Position numbers and translations under genes: made by a program. Below the pieces are notes generated by a model. The model had not been told where the DNA came from and searched no databases. It saw only the letters and a list, made by a program, of their open reading frames with translations. DNA of 64,000 nt from Octopus vulgaris (Eukaryota). Below are positions 27,709 to 40,853 of this stretch, in pieces (position 1 is the stretch's first letter; the number at the start of each line of letters is the position of its first letter). The DNA lies in assembly GCA_951406725.2 (NCBI GenBank), contig OX597831.1, positions 23,560,001 to 23,624,000 on the forward strand, written 5' to 3'.

Positions 27709-27937
27709 AGGACAAAGAATATGAGAATGCCAGTGATAGTAATATCTAAAAAGTATCCACACCAACCTGCTGGTATGGCATTTACTGTAGATTTAAATGC
27801 TAGGTTGGTGTAAGATGTAACTCCCCTCATGACTGCTCATTAGTCTTGATTGGCTGATAAATTAATTATCTGGAATATAGAAGACTCATGTAAGAAAACC
27901 TCAGTATATCTATCTATCTATTTATCTATCTAAATAT

Positions 27938-28100
<163 letters not shown>

Positions 28101-28203
28101 AAACATGTGCCTGTTGCATATGTTTGTTTTTGTGAAAAAAAAACACTTCCTCACATAACCTGTATGTATATAAGCATGTTGTATATGTGTGTGTATGATG
28201 TTA

Positions 28204-28273
<70 letters not shown>

Positions 28274-28907
28274 CACACACACACATATATGTGTGTATGT
28301 CTGTATATTTACACACACACACATACACAAACACAGACATAGGAATATTCACGTCTGTATTTGGGTTCATAGTAAGTGAAACCACGTGCAGAACGAAAAA
28401 AAGAAAATAAATAATAAAGTAAGGAAATATAACATCGAACCTCTTCCAACCTCTGGGTACTTTTCTGTAGTTGAAAAAGCCTAAGAGAAAGCTTTTGGAT
28501 TTGGTTTGCAAGATTCTTTATATGAGTTCGTGTGTTGAAGCATATTCTGTCTTGTCTGGGGAGAGTCCTTTTCCCTTTGTGCCTTATAATGTATATTGAA
28601 AAGGTTGCAAGACACAACAAAAATTTTAGGAAAATAAAAAATAAGAAATAAGTGGAAATTTTACCGGTGAGTGTGTTACATTATAAGGCACAAAAAGAAA
28701 ATGACTCTCCCCAGACACAACAGACTTAGAGAAAGTTCTTTTATATAAAACCTGCAACTTGAAGCTTCAATCATTTTCAGTCATTTTCATCTTGTTTATC
28801 ACTGGATTTTCATATGCGTTACATAAGAATCTGTTACATTAATCCTATAACATACAGGAGATTTGTCTGAGGCAGCTCCCACTTTGCAAGGTGAAATAAT
28901 CATCATC

Positions 28908-29816
28908 GGGTTCATTCCCACTGCCTGGCACCTAGGGAAAATGTCTTCTACTATAACCTTGGGCCGACCAAAGCCTTGTGAGAGGATTTGGTAGACAGAA
29001 ACTGAAAGAAGCCCATCGTATATATAATAATAATGAAATTATTGTATACAGTGCTCAGGTGCACCACAACTTGTCAGAAAGTGCGTATAAATTATATATA
29101 GTAATGTACAAATGTCTGGAAAGCGAACAGTGTATGAGTCAGATACATACCTGTGTGTGTATGGAGGGGAGAAAATCAGGTGTAGTGTTGGCGAATCTCA
29201 GAAAGCATGGAAGTTTTGAAGTATGCAGTGCTCCAACAACCAACAACTGATGCCGGCAGTTTGTTCCATGCTTCAGCAACTCTCAGTGTGAAAAAATGTT
29301 TCCTAAAGTCATGGGAGCTGTGCTGTTTTCTGACTTTGTTAATATGTCCACAGGTGTTAGACGGGTGGAGTTTGAAAACATATATATAAGTGTGTGTGTG
29401 TGTGTGTGTGTGTCTATATGTTTGTATGTCTGTGCTTCTCTCCCCAACATCACTTAACAACCAATGGTGGTGCGTTTACGTCCCCATAACTTAGTTGTTC
29501 GGCAAAAAGAGACCGATAGAATAAGTATTAGGCTTACAGAGAATAAGTCCTGGGGTCGATTTGCTCAACTAAAGGTGGTGCTCCAGCATGGCTGCAGTCA
29601 AATTGACGAAACAAGTAAAAGAATAAAAGAATATATATATATATATATATATATGGATAGACAGGTACCCATAACTTAGCAGTTCGGCAATAGAGACCGA
29701 TAGAATAAATACTAGGCTTACAGAAAATAAGTCCTGGGTTCGATTTGCTAGACTAAAAGGCAGTGCTCCAGCATGGCCGCAGTCAAATGTCTGAAACAAG
29801 TAAAAGAGGAAAAGAG
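28908..29816 (+). mobile_element. SINE family A interrupted by a CR1 fragment, with its 3' half duplicated at 29667-29816
   Basis: The halves flank 29024-29378. CCCATAACTTAG…GAAACAAGTAAAAGA occurs twice. Confidence 0.88.
29024..29378 (-). mobile_element. CR1-clade LINE 3' fragment; a short 3'-UTR copy lies at ~14663-14705 (+)
   Basis: Translation NTCGHINKVRKQHSSHDFRKHFFTLRVAEAWNKLPASVV matches the CR1 ORF2 C-terminal motif (TRGH..K…R..FF..RV…WN.LP..VV). Ends in (ATT)n. Confidence 0.88.
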
Positions 29817-30569
29817 TATGTGTGTTTATTATGTATTCGTTAACAGTCAGAAGTGGTGAGTGGTCTTGGCTGCCTTTGCTATGTTTCAGTGATTCATATA
29901 AACAGCCATAGAGCTCACTGTGAAAAACAGTCAATTGATTACAATTAACCCTTTAGATGCTAACCTGCCCGAGGAACCCCTGGTTCTATGATGCAAACTT
30001 CCTGTTTTAAAGTGGTCTAAATTAAAACCTTCCTCCCAAAAAAATTTCTGGTTAATTAATGTTCGAAACAACGCTATAATAAAGGTGAAGTTCTTTCATT
30101 CAATACTTCGTTATTATCGAAATCAATCCAAACAGAACCAGTGTATTGCAACAGAAATTTGATAATAAAAGAGTTAATACAATAACCTTGGGAAAGGTAT
30201 GAATATTATACAGACCTCTTTTCTGTTATTATTCTTTCTTTTGCATAAAACTCAAGTCTTTCATTTTTTACTTGTTATTTTATTAATGGCTTTCTTTGGA
30301 GAGAGAGAGACGTGGGATGCCTATGGTCTTCACAGGCTCTTCAAAACTGGGATGAAAAATCAATATTACTATTAGCAGAGTATGCATTTATTGAACAAGT
30401 GGTAAGTTCTCAGTGGACTAGCTTTAACTCCCTGATGCAGTAAACTCACTTCACTTTTATGACTAACATTGTTGGGTGACATAGAAGCATCACATAGTTA
30501 TCTTCACAACTTTAATATACTGCATATGAATACCAAAAGTTTGGTGTTGTGGCTGAATAACTATTATTA

Positions 30570-30612
<43 letters not shown>

Positions 30613-30613
<1 letters not shown>

Positions 30614-31361
30614 GAGTGAGAGAGCATTACATGCCATCAAATTGACATAGGAATACAAATGTTTTAAGCCCAGTATACCCATCATGACTACCCATCTAAT
30701 AAGGGTACACTAGGCACATGCATCACAATCATATGTGCATGACCTTGCAGGTGGGGCCCAGTTAGAATTTTCTTCAGGTCAAGTAGCCCATACCACTTAA
30801 AAGGTCCCCGAAAAAGGTTGTTTAAGGATGTTGACTGAAACACCTACGCTTTCACAGATGAATTATTCAAACCTCAAAGAATTCCTCTCAACACATGGCT
30901 ATGATGCTTCCCCACTACTTCTGCTTGTGATAGAGATGCACATATCATCGGCCAGCAAGGGACATGCTCAACTGGTTAAACCAGGTGACAAGCTGGCAGA
31001 AATGTTAATACGTTAGGTGAAATGCTTATCAGTATTTCGTTTGTCTTTACGTTCTGAGTTCAAATTCCGCTGAGGTCGACTTTGCCTTTCATCCTTTCAG
31101 GGTCGATAAATTAAGTACCAGTTGTTCAGTGGGGTCGATCTAATAGAAGGCCCGCTCCCCCAAAAACAATTTCGGGCCTTGTGCCTAGAGTATTAAAGAA
31201 CTGGTTAAGGTCAAACAACTGACAAGCAAATCTGTGGTATTGAGCTGAATATTTGCTGTAGCCCATCTTTTATACCAAGATAACACTATGTACATGATTA
31301 CACTTCCAATCAGTTAAGATCAGAAGCCATGAGAGCCACTGCATGGTACTGCGTCAGGGCA
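30613..31361 (-). mobile_element. Unclassified ~530-bp insertion bounded by (ATT)n on both sides, later split by a SINE-B
   Basis: Complex sequence with sharp boundaries inside one (ATT)n tract. The TSD shows the SINE inserted afterwards. The strand call is a guess. Confidence 0.5.
30983..31198 (+). mobile_element. SINE family B with a 10-bp target-site duplication
   Basis: AACTGGTTAA at 30970-30979 and 31199-31208. Confidence 0.92.
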
Positions 31362-31432
<71 letters not shown>

Positions 31433-31489
31433 CATTATCATCATCATCATCATCATCATCATCATTATTGTTATTGTTATCATTATTAT

Positions 31490-32505
31490 TAAGGTGGTGA
31501 ACTGGCAGAATCAGTAGCATGGCAGGAAAAATTGTGTAGAGGCATTTCATCCATCTTTCTATTCTGAGTTCAAATTTTGCCGAGGTCAGCTTTTGCTTTC
31601 ATCCTTTCAGGTTTGATAAATTAAACACCAGTGAAACCCTGGGGTTAATGTAATCGACCAGTCTCCTCCCACCAAATTTTAGACCTTGTGCCTTCAGTAG
31701 AAAAGATTTTTTATTATTACCGTTGTTATCATCATCAACATTATTGTTAAGGTAGCAATCTTAGGCAGCGAGCTGGCAGAATCGTTAGCATGCCGGGTGA
31801 GATGCTTAGCAGTATTTCGTCTGCCGCTACGTTCTAAGTTCAAATTCCACCGAGTTCGACTTTGCCTTTCATCCTTTTGGGGTCGATTAAATAAGTACCA
31901 GTTACGCACTGGGGTCCATCTAATCGACTTAATCCATTTGTCTTCTCTGTGTTTAGCCTCTTTGTGGGTAGTAAAGAAATAGGTATTTCGTCTGCCGTTA
32001 CATTCTGAGTTCAAATGCCGCTGAGGTTGACTTTGCCTTTCATCCTTTTAGTTGCATATTGGGGTCGATCTAATTCACTGGCCCCCTCCCCCAAAATTTC
32101 GGGCCTTGTGCCTAGAGTAGAAAAGAATCATTAGCACACCAGGTGAAATGCTTAATGGCATCTCATCCATCCTTATGTTCTGAGTTCAAATTCCACCGAG
32201 GTCGACTTTAGCTTTTGTCCTTTTGGGGGTCAATAAAACAAGCACCATTAGAGTGCTGGGGTTGATGTAATCGACTAGTCCTCTCCCTACACATTTCAGG
32301 CCTTGTGCTTATAGCAGAAAGGACTTTTAAGGTGGCAATCTGGCAGGATTGTTAGCACACCAGACAAAAATTCTCTGCAGCGTTTTATCCATCTCTGTGT
32401 TCTGAGTTCAAATCCTGCTGAGGTCGATTTTGCCTTTCATCCTTCTGGGGGTCGATAAAATAAATACCAGTTGAATACTGGGGGTCAATGTAATTGACTA
32501 ACACC
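31490..32505 (+). mobile_element. Cluster of ~5 SINE family B units (tRNA-like head plus central GACTTTGCCTTTCATCCTTTCGGGGTCGATAAA domain, resembling the Meta/MESC SINE core)
   Basis: Repeated AGGTGGCGAGCTGGCAGAATCGTTAG…GAGTTCAAATTCC…CCTTTCATCCTTT. The superfamily assignment is from memory and needs a search. Confidence 0.88.
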
Positions 32506-32524
32506 CTGTCTGATTTTCATTCGT

Positions 32525-33051
32525 ATACACTGTCATCACAACCATCGTCATCATATTGCTGTCAACTTAATCATCATGCTCTTGTCATTGGCTGAACTGG
32601 TGCTGCCATCAACATCATCAGCATCATTATCGTCGTCATCATCATCAACATCAACATCATTGCTATCATAATCATCAAAACTGGTGCTTGTAATCATAAT
32701 CCTCACTGTCGTCATCCTCCTCCTCATTATCATCGTCATCGTCATCATCGACGACGTCATCATAGTCATCATAATCATCATCAAAATCTCTATGATGTTC
32801 TAGTCTTTGTCATCAACGGAATTAGTACTGTCTCCATCATCACCATCGTCATCATCATCGTCATCATCATCATCATCATCATCATCAGAATGTTCTTATC
32901 ATGTGCAGAATAAGAATTGTTATCATCGCAATTGACATCATCGTCATCATCATTATCATCATCATCATCCTCATCGTCGCTGTTGTTGTTGTTGTTGTTG
33001 TTGTTGCAATCCTCTTGTTGTTGTCATCAACAGAAGTGGTGCTGTCATCAC

Positions 33052-33131
<80 letters not shown>

Positions 33132-33379
33132 CCACCACCGCAAATCATGTTTCCTCCTGAACGACGGCCCTTGTTCTTGTCACTACACTGTAATCTTTTG
33201 ACCAGCTCAGCCTCTACAGCATAATCATCCGAAGCAGGAACAAGCCGTAATGTTACCGTGGCATGTCAATACCATCAATAACTAAGCCTTACTGTCAATT
33301 TCTGTTCCAAAACCATAATGCTTTCTGAATACTTGCCACACTATAAACAGACGTGTGTGTGTGTGTGTATGTGTGTATG

Positions 33380-33413
<34 letters not shown>

Positions 33414-33481
33414 TGTATGTGTGTATGTATGTATGTATGTATGTATGTATGTATGTATGTATGTATGTATGTATGTATGTA

Positions 33482-33512
<31 letters not shown>

Positions 33513-33610
33513 TTGTATGTATGTATGTATGTATGCATGTTTGTATGTATGTATGTATCTATGTATCTATGTATGTATGTATGTGTATGTGTGTATGTGT
33601 GTGTTTGTGC
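32525..33610. repeat. (CAT)n-rich field followed by (GTAT)n
   Basis: Direct reading. Confidence 0.9.
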
Positions 33611-34703
33611 ACATGTTTGTGTGTGTGTACGTACATTTGTATGTGTGTCTGTCTGTTATGTATGTATATATTCATGCATGCATGTTCTTTTGGTTTTTAT
33701 TTTCACAAATTCCCCTGTGATTGCAAGGTGAAAGAGCAGGAAGGGAGCTCAGCAGATGAAATATCAACGAAGGCTGGCTGAAGGTCTGGATGTTGAAAGA
33801 GGTGACAGTCACGGAAGTTGATGAGGATGGATGCTGCATATAGGGCAAAGGATGAGACAAACTGGTTCACATCTACCTGCAATACAGTCGATTGTATCCA
33901 ATTAGTTTGCAGTATATGTTCTTGCGGAATCTTAACATAGAACATGTGTGTGTGTTTGTGTGTGTGTGTTTGTGTATATATATAAATAAAAAGGGGTTTG
34001 TATGATTGTGTATAGAGGGATATATATTGAAACATTCCTGTCACAACCTGGGACCTTGAAGGCTGCTTAAATGCAAGAAAGTATACTAGTCCCTTAATAT
34101 TTGATATTCAGTATTTCATCTATTCAATAAGACAATCAATGCCTCATTTCATTTTACTATATATATATTATTTATACTATATATTCTATATTCTACATTA
34201 ATATTATATAAAATATAAATAAAACATAAAAAACAGACCAAGTTGGAATTCCTTTAAATAATATATATATATATATATATATGCATACATACATACATAC
34301 ATACATAAATAATGTAAAGGATATAGTAAAAGTGGTAGAATTCTTGGAGATTAGTATAGAACTGCATATGAATACTTGTTCCATTGTTCCAGCTCACCAA
34401 GCACTGAGTTCAAATTCTGCTGAAGTCAATTCTCCTTTTCATCCTTTTAGTGTTTCATAAATAAAAGCAACAGCCCCACCACTAAAACAGCCCACTCCCC
34501 CTCCAGCCGTAACATCTCAAATGCTCAGCTCAATCAAAGATAAGAGGGTCGAGTGAGTATCTGTCTACTCACAATTTCATGGGCATCAAACATCATTAAT
34601 GAACACCAAGTCATCCTCAAATCAGTTGTGACATGAGACTATACAACCAATATGTATAATATATATATATTACATATATATATATATATATATATATACA
34701 TAC

Positions 34704-34748
<45 letters not shown>

Positions 34749-35075
34749 CATAAATATATATATATATATGTGTGTATGTATCTATGTATGTGTGTATGTA
34801 TATCCGTAATAGAGAAGTACGTCTTTTCTAGGGATCTATGGGGAAATTTTTCTTTGACATTTGTGTTATTAGTATGAAATTGGAGCTAGAGATCAGCTAC
34901 TCTTTATGAGTCTCATGTGAACATCAGAGACATGTATCTGTGTGCCAGTATGTCTCCCATTCTCTCTCACACACACCCTTTCGAAAGAGAGAGAGATATC
35001 TCTCTCTCTCTCTCTCTCTCTCTTGCTCACTCCTCACTCTTTCTCCCTTTATGAACAATTGTATATATAAGCATA

Positions 35076-35108
<33 letters not shown>

Positions 35109-35187
35109 CATATAATACACACACACATATATATATACATACATATATATGTATGTGTATGTATACATATATATATACATGCATGTG

Positions 35188-35235
<48 letters not shown>

Positions 35236-35237
35236 CA

Positions 35238-35268
<31 letters not shown>

Positions 35269-35849
35269 TCAATCTTGTCTATGTTGAATATGCCTATATA
35301 AGCAGACCTTTACAAAAAGAGAATAACATAATCTAAATTTATGTATGCATGCAAAAATCGACATAAGTGTGTGTGTTCAGTGTGTTGTGTATGTGTTCAA
35401 TTTTCGCCTATCTCTGTACATATCTATACATGCATCTCTTTCTAATCCTTGCCTGTTGTCCATGTGTAGCGTGAGATTGTGAGTATGTATGCAAATCTGT
35501 GTACAGTACATTTCTGTATATAAATTACTAACTTTCATTTTATTAAACCTTCACAGCCCCACTACATGCTACATTCTTTATTGACATCCCTGCCCGTAAA
35601 CCCATCGTCCCTATACACCCCTCAGTTCTGCTTCCTCAGTTCTGTTCCACTGTCCCCTCATTCGATAGACAATTACCATTTCTTGCTTTTGTTTGCATTT
35701 AACTTTTTTTTCTACAATATATTTCTATCGATTCTTGCTTTAAGTAGAAACAACTTTTGATAAGCTATAGCTGACTACAGAATTTGATGGTCAAACAAAT
35801 ATCCCTTGATTTGATTGGTATTTTATGTGTGTGCATGTGAATTTATACA

Positions 35850-35851
<2 letters not shown>

Positions 35852-35909
<58 letters not shown>

Positions 35910-35916
35910 TATATGC

Positions 35917-36010
<94 letters not shown>

Positions 36011-36175
36011 GTATATATATAAATATATATATATATGTATATATATATAAATATATATATATTTATATATATATGTATATATATGTATATATATATACAT
36101 ATTTATATACATATATATGTATATATATGTATATATATATATAAATATATATATGCATATATATATATATATGTA
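35852..36175. repeat. (TA)n-rich microsatellite; similar long tracts at 1132-1306, 2766-2920, 27958-28078 and many more
   Basis: Direct reading. Confidence 0.95.
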
Positions 36176-36830
36176 TGTATGCATGTATGTGTTTGTGTGC
36201 ATGTGTATGTGTGCATATACGTATATATGTGTGTGCCGGGGTTTATATAAATGTGGCATGTGAGCGTGCATGCTGTGTATGCATGCACACATATATACGC
36301 ATGCACTTTAAGTTGCAAACAAGGAAAAGACTGTACGGCCGAGTTTATTTATTCATATGGAGTCAATTATTCGTTCCCTCGCTGCCCATAGTTCCCTACA
36401 ACATATTTATTTCAGTTTCATTTTAAGGAATATATATACATTTGTGCATGTGTTTGTATATTTGTGTATGTGTATATGTGCACATGCATGCACACTGTGT
36501 GCAGGTGTATGTATGTATATATGTATGTATGTGTGTCTGTGTGTACGCATAACATCATTATCATCCTTTAATGTCCATTTTCCATGAGGCATGGGCTGGA
36601 TATATAAATATACTTGTGTGTACATATATATATATATATGTATATATATGTGTATATATATATATCATCATCATCGTTTAACGTCCGCTTTCCATGCTAG
36701 CATGGGTTGGACGGTTCAACTGGGGTCTGGGAAGCCCGAAGGCTGCACCAGGCCAGTCAGATGTGGCAGTGTTTCTACAGCTGGATGCCCTTCCTAACGC
36801 CAACCACTCCGAGAGTGTAGTGGGTGATTT

Positions 36831-37102
36831 TATGTGCCACCGACACAGGTGCCAGACGAGGCTGGCAGACGGCCACGCTCGGATGGTGTTTTTTATGTGC
36901 CACCGACACAGGTGCCAGACGAGGCTGGCAGACGGCCACGCTTGGATGGTGTTTTCTTATGTGTCACCGACACAGGTGCCAGACGAGGCTGGCGGACGGC
37001 CACGCTCGGATGGTGTTTGTTATGTGCCCTCAGCACGGAGGCCAGTCATTGCGGTACTGGCTACGGTCACGTTCGGATGGTTTTCTTATGTGCCACCGGC
37101 AC
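36831..37102 (-). repeat. Tandem array of 63-66-nt units in the RTE 3' UTR (4 full units plus a fifth hairpin module)
   Basis: TATGTG unit anchors at 36831, 36894, 36958, 37021 and 37087 on the + strand. Confidence 0.95.
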
Positions 37103-37268
37103 TGGTACCACAAGGATACAAATTCCATTGATGTTCATCTATTTTGATTTGGTTCGATTTGATTCGATTCTCACTTGCCTCAACAGGTCTTCACAAGTGT
37201 CACAAGAAGGAAGGTATGCACAGGTGGACTGACTACGTCCCAGGTAGGGGCCACGGATTATGGCTTCA

Positions 37269-39390
37269 CTAGTCTTGCCGGGTCTTCTCACGCACAGCAT
37301 ACTTCCATAGGTCTCGGTCTCTAGTCATTTCCATGGTGAGACCTAACGTCCGAAGGTCGTGCTTCACCACCTCGTCCCAGGTTTTCCTGGGTCTACCTCT
37401 TCCACGGGTTCCCTCAACTGCTAGGGATTGGCACTTTCTCACACACCTATCTTCATCCATTCTCGCCACATGACCATACCAGCGCAATCGTCTCTCTTGC
37501 ACACAACAACTGATGCTTCTTAGGTACAACATTTCTCTCAAGGTACTAACGCTCTGTCGAGTAAGTACACTGACATTACACATCCATCGGAGCATACTGG
37601 CTTCGTTCCTCACGAGCTTACGCATGTCCTCAGCAGTCACGGCCCATGTTTCACTGCCATGTAGCATAGCTGTTCGTACACATGCATCATACAGTCTGCC
37701 TTTTACTCTGAGCGAGAGGCCTTTAGTCACCAGCAGAGGTAAGAGCTCCCTAAACTTTGCCCAGGCTATTCTTATTCTAGCAGTTACACTTTCAGCGCAC
37801 CCACCCCCACTACTGACTTGGTCACCTAGATAGCGGAAGCTATCAACTACTTCTAGTTTTCCCCCCGGAAAGTGACAGAAGTTGTTTTCTGCAGATTTTC
37901 GGAGGTCAATGCTCCAGAGCACCTGCCACATACAAAAACTATCTTCCCAGTTAGCCTACCTTTGACATTGCTGCACCTCTTATGTGTCCATAGCTTACAC
38001 TGGGTACATCTTATAGAGTTTCTACCTACACCTTTTCTACAGATCGAGCAGGGCCATCTTCCTGAGGATATTTGTGGGTTTTCTACCTTTCTACTTATTA
38101 GTACTTTGGTTTTAGCTAGGTTGACTCTAAGGCCCCTCGATTCTAAACCCTCCTTCCACACCTGGAACTTCTCCTCCAGTTCTGATAGTGACTCAGCGAT
38201 TAGAGCGAGGTCGTCAGCATAGAGGAGCTCCCAGGGGCAACCTGTCTTGAATTCCTCCGTTATTGCCTGGAGGACTATGATAAATAGGAGGGGGCTGAGT
38301 ACTGAACCCTGGTGGACCCCAACCTCTACTTTGAATTCTTCTGTGTACATGTTGCCAACTCTAACCTTACTTACGGCATCTCTGTACATGGCTTGCACAG
38401 CCCTCACCAGCCATTCATCTATCCCTAGTTTCCTCATTGACCACCAGATGAGGGATCGGGGGACCCTATCAAAGGCTTTCTCCATGTCAACGAAAGCCAG
38501 GTACAGGGGCTTATCCTTGGCTAGGTATTTCTCCTGCAGCTGCCTTACCAGGAATATAGCATCAGTGGTGCTTTTCCCTGGGACAAACCCAAACTGCATC
38601 TCATCTAAACTAACTCTCTCTCTAATTAGTTGGGCTATGACCCTCTCCGTAACCTTCATTACCTGATCCAACAGCTTGATACCTCTGTAATTATTTGTAT
38701 CCAGGGCATCACCTTTACCTTTGTAGCAGTTGACTAGTATGCTGCTACACCAGTCATTGGGTATGACTCCTTCGTGTATCACCTGGTTGACTATACGGGT
38801 GACTAGGTTATAGCCGACACTGCCAGATATTTTGAGCATCTCTGCAGTAATTCCTGATGGGCCTGGGGCTTTCCCTGTCTTCATGCTTCTAATTGCCTTA
38901 GCTACCACGGAACTATCAACTCGGATAGCTGGTCCCTCTGTTGGGTCAACATTTGGCAGACTCTCTTTATCCCATTCATTTTCTTTATTCAGCAAACTTT
39001 CATAGTGGCATCTCCAAACCTCTCTCTTTGCATCCTCATTTAGCGCAAGTGAACCATCATCCATGCGAACACACTTCTCTCCTACCACATCACGATTCTC
39101 TCTCACACACTGTCTTGCAACACGAAATACCTCAAGTCTTTCATCCTCACGGCTCAGAACATTGGCAAATTTTTCTTATCCGCTTCCCCTCTGGCTAAAT
39201 AAACCTGTCTCCTAGCTTCCCTTTTGGCTGTCTGATACAATTCCCTGCTACCACCGTTCTTCCAGTCCTTCCAAGCCTGTCTCTTTTGTCTAATAGCCCC
39301 GTCAACCACCGTGTTCCACCACCATGTAACTCTGGGTCGAGATGGTACTTTGCTCCATCCACAGATCTGGTCAGTGGCTGTCAGCAGATT
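37269..39390 (-). pseudogene. RTE ORF (linker, reverse transcriptase, PHD-type finger, C-terminal domain) broken by two 1-nt deletions at ~39172 and ~37858
   Basis: ORFs 37853-39106 and 37269-37931 join if one A is added. The upstream frame (…VTWWWNTVVDGAIRQKRQAWKDWK…) joins at AAGAAAAATTTGCC if one A is added. No other stops seen. Confidence 0.92.
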
Positions 39391-39726
39391 GTATATATAC
39401 CAGATGAACTGGTATCCTAACTAGTAGAGGAACATATTTGCTACAGAATTCAAGAAACTAGCCTTTTGAAACTTATGAACTCAGAGAGAACATCTGACTC
39501 CCTTTTCCATATTTTTTTTTTGATTTGTCAATGAATCTTTAATGTTATTGTTGATCTCAACCTTTTATTTGATGTAACTCTTTCACAGTTTCTAGTATAT
39601 ATTTTTGTTTTTTAAAAAAAATAGTTATGTGTTGGTGACAGGAAGAACAACCAGCCATAAAAATCCTACCCCAAACAGCTTCCTCATTAACCCATACTAA
39701 CACAGAAAAACTATGGTAGCAATTAA

Positions 39727-40118
<392 letters not shown>

Positions 40119-40608
40119 TTTTACGTTGCTTGTTTGCTTTCTGGTTGAATTTGCATTGTATGCTATTTCATTGATTTGTATTGTATAACTCTCACTTGCT
40201 TATTTTGTAATATTTTTTTTTTTATTAAAAACTTTTAATGTAATTTTTGTGAAAGAAATTAAATATTTAAATATATTCAAAATAGGAAAACCATATGACT
40301 TATAGTTCTTAGTTTGTCTTTTTTTTTATCATTCGATCTTCCAAAATTTGCCTTTCATCTCATCTGATTCGATAAAAATAAAAAAAACTTAAAATATAAA
40401 ATGTCAGGATAGATTTAATCATCAGAGTATTTTCCTTCCTTTATGAAGATTAAGCACAAACATTAATGACGTATCATCATCACAACATCATCAGCATCAT
40501 CATCATTGTCAGCATCATCATCCCCATGAGGATGAACATCATCAACATTGTTGTTGTCATTGCCACCATCATTGTCACTATCGTCATCATCATCATTATT
40601 ATTATTAT

Positions 40609-40829
40609 TAAGGTGGCGAGCTGGCAGAATCGTTAGCATGCCAGGCAAAATGTCGCTAAGCAGTTTTGCCTGTTACCACGTTCTGATTTTAAAATTCCAC
40701 CAGGATCGATTTTGCTTTTAATCCTTTCGGGGTAAATAAAATAAGTACCAGTTATACACTGGGACTGATGTAATCGACTTGGCCCCACCCCCACTGAAAT
40801 TGCTGGCTTTGAGCCAAAATTTGAAACCA
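40609..40829 (+). mobile_element. SINE family B; other copies at 44496-44728 (+), 54880-55098 (-), 57310-57716 (+, two), 59428-59646 (+) and 63475-63632 (+)
   Basis: Same head and core. Confidence 0.88.
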
Positions 40830-40853
40830 TTATTATTATTGTTATTATTATTA

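Larger units (their letters stand above)
36664..39390 (-). mobile_element. RTE-clade non-LTR retrotransposon (LINE), 5'-truncated with no APE endonuclease; includes 3' UTR and (GAT)n tail
   Basis: RT motifs NYRGIKLL, QFGF, AFVDMEKAFDRV, GVHQGSVLSPLLF, LLYADDL and FRYLG. RTE-type C-terminus RLRWYGHV...RGRGRPRKTW. 3' UTR contains GGTTGGCGTTAGGAAGGGCATCCAGC and ends in GATGATGAT. Inserted in TA-rich sequence. Confidence 0.95.

Noticed and set aside
32551-33224. Asp-rich acidic (biomineralisation-like) protein
   Set aside because: The frame is broken by stops and shifts. It is a (CAT)n low-complexity field.
37853-37870. Programmed -1 frameshift at GGGGGGAAAAC
   Set aside because: No in-frame X_XXY_YYZ heptamer. 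RTE ORFs are continuous here, and a simple 1-nt deletion explains it.
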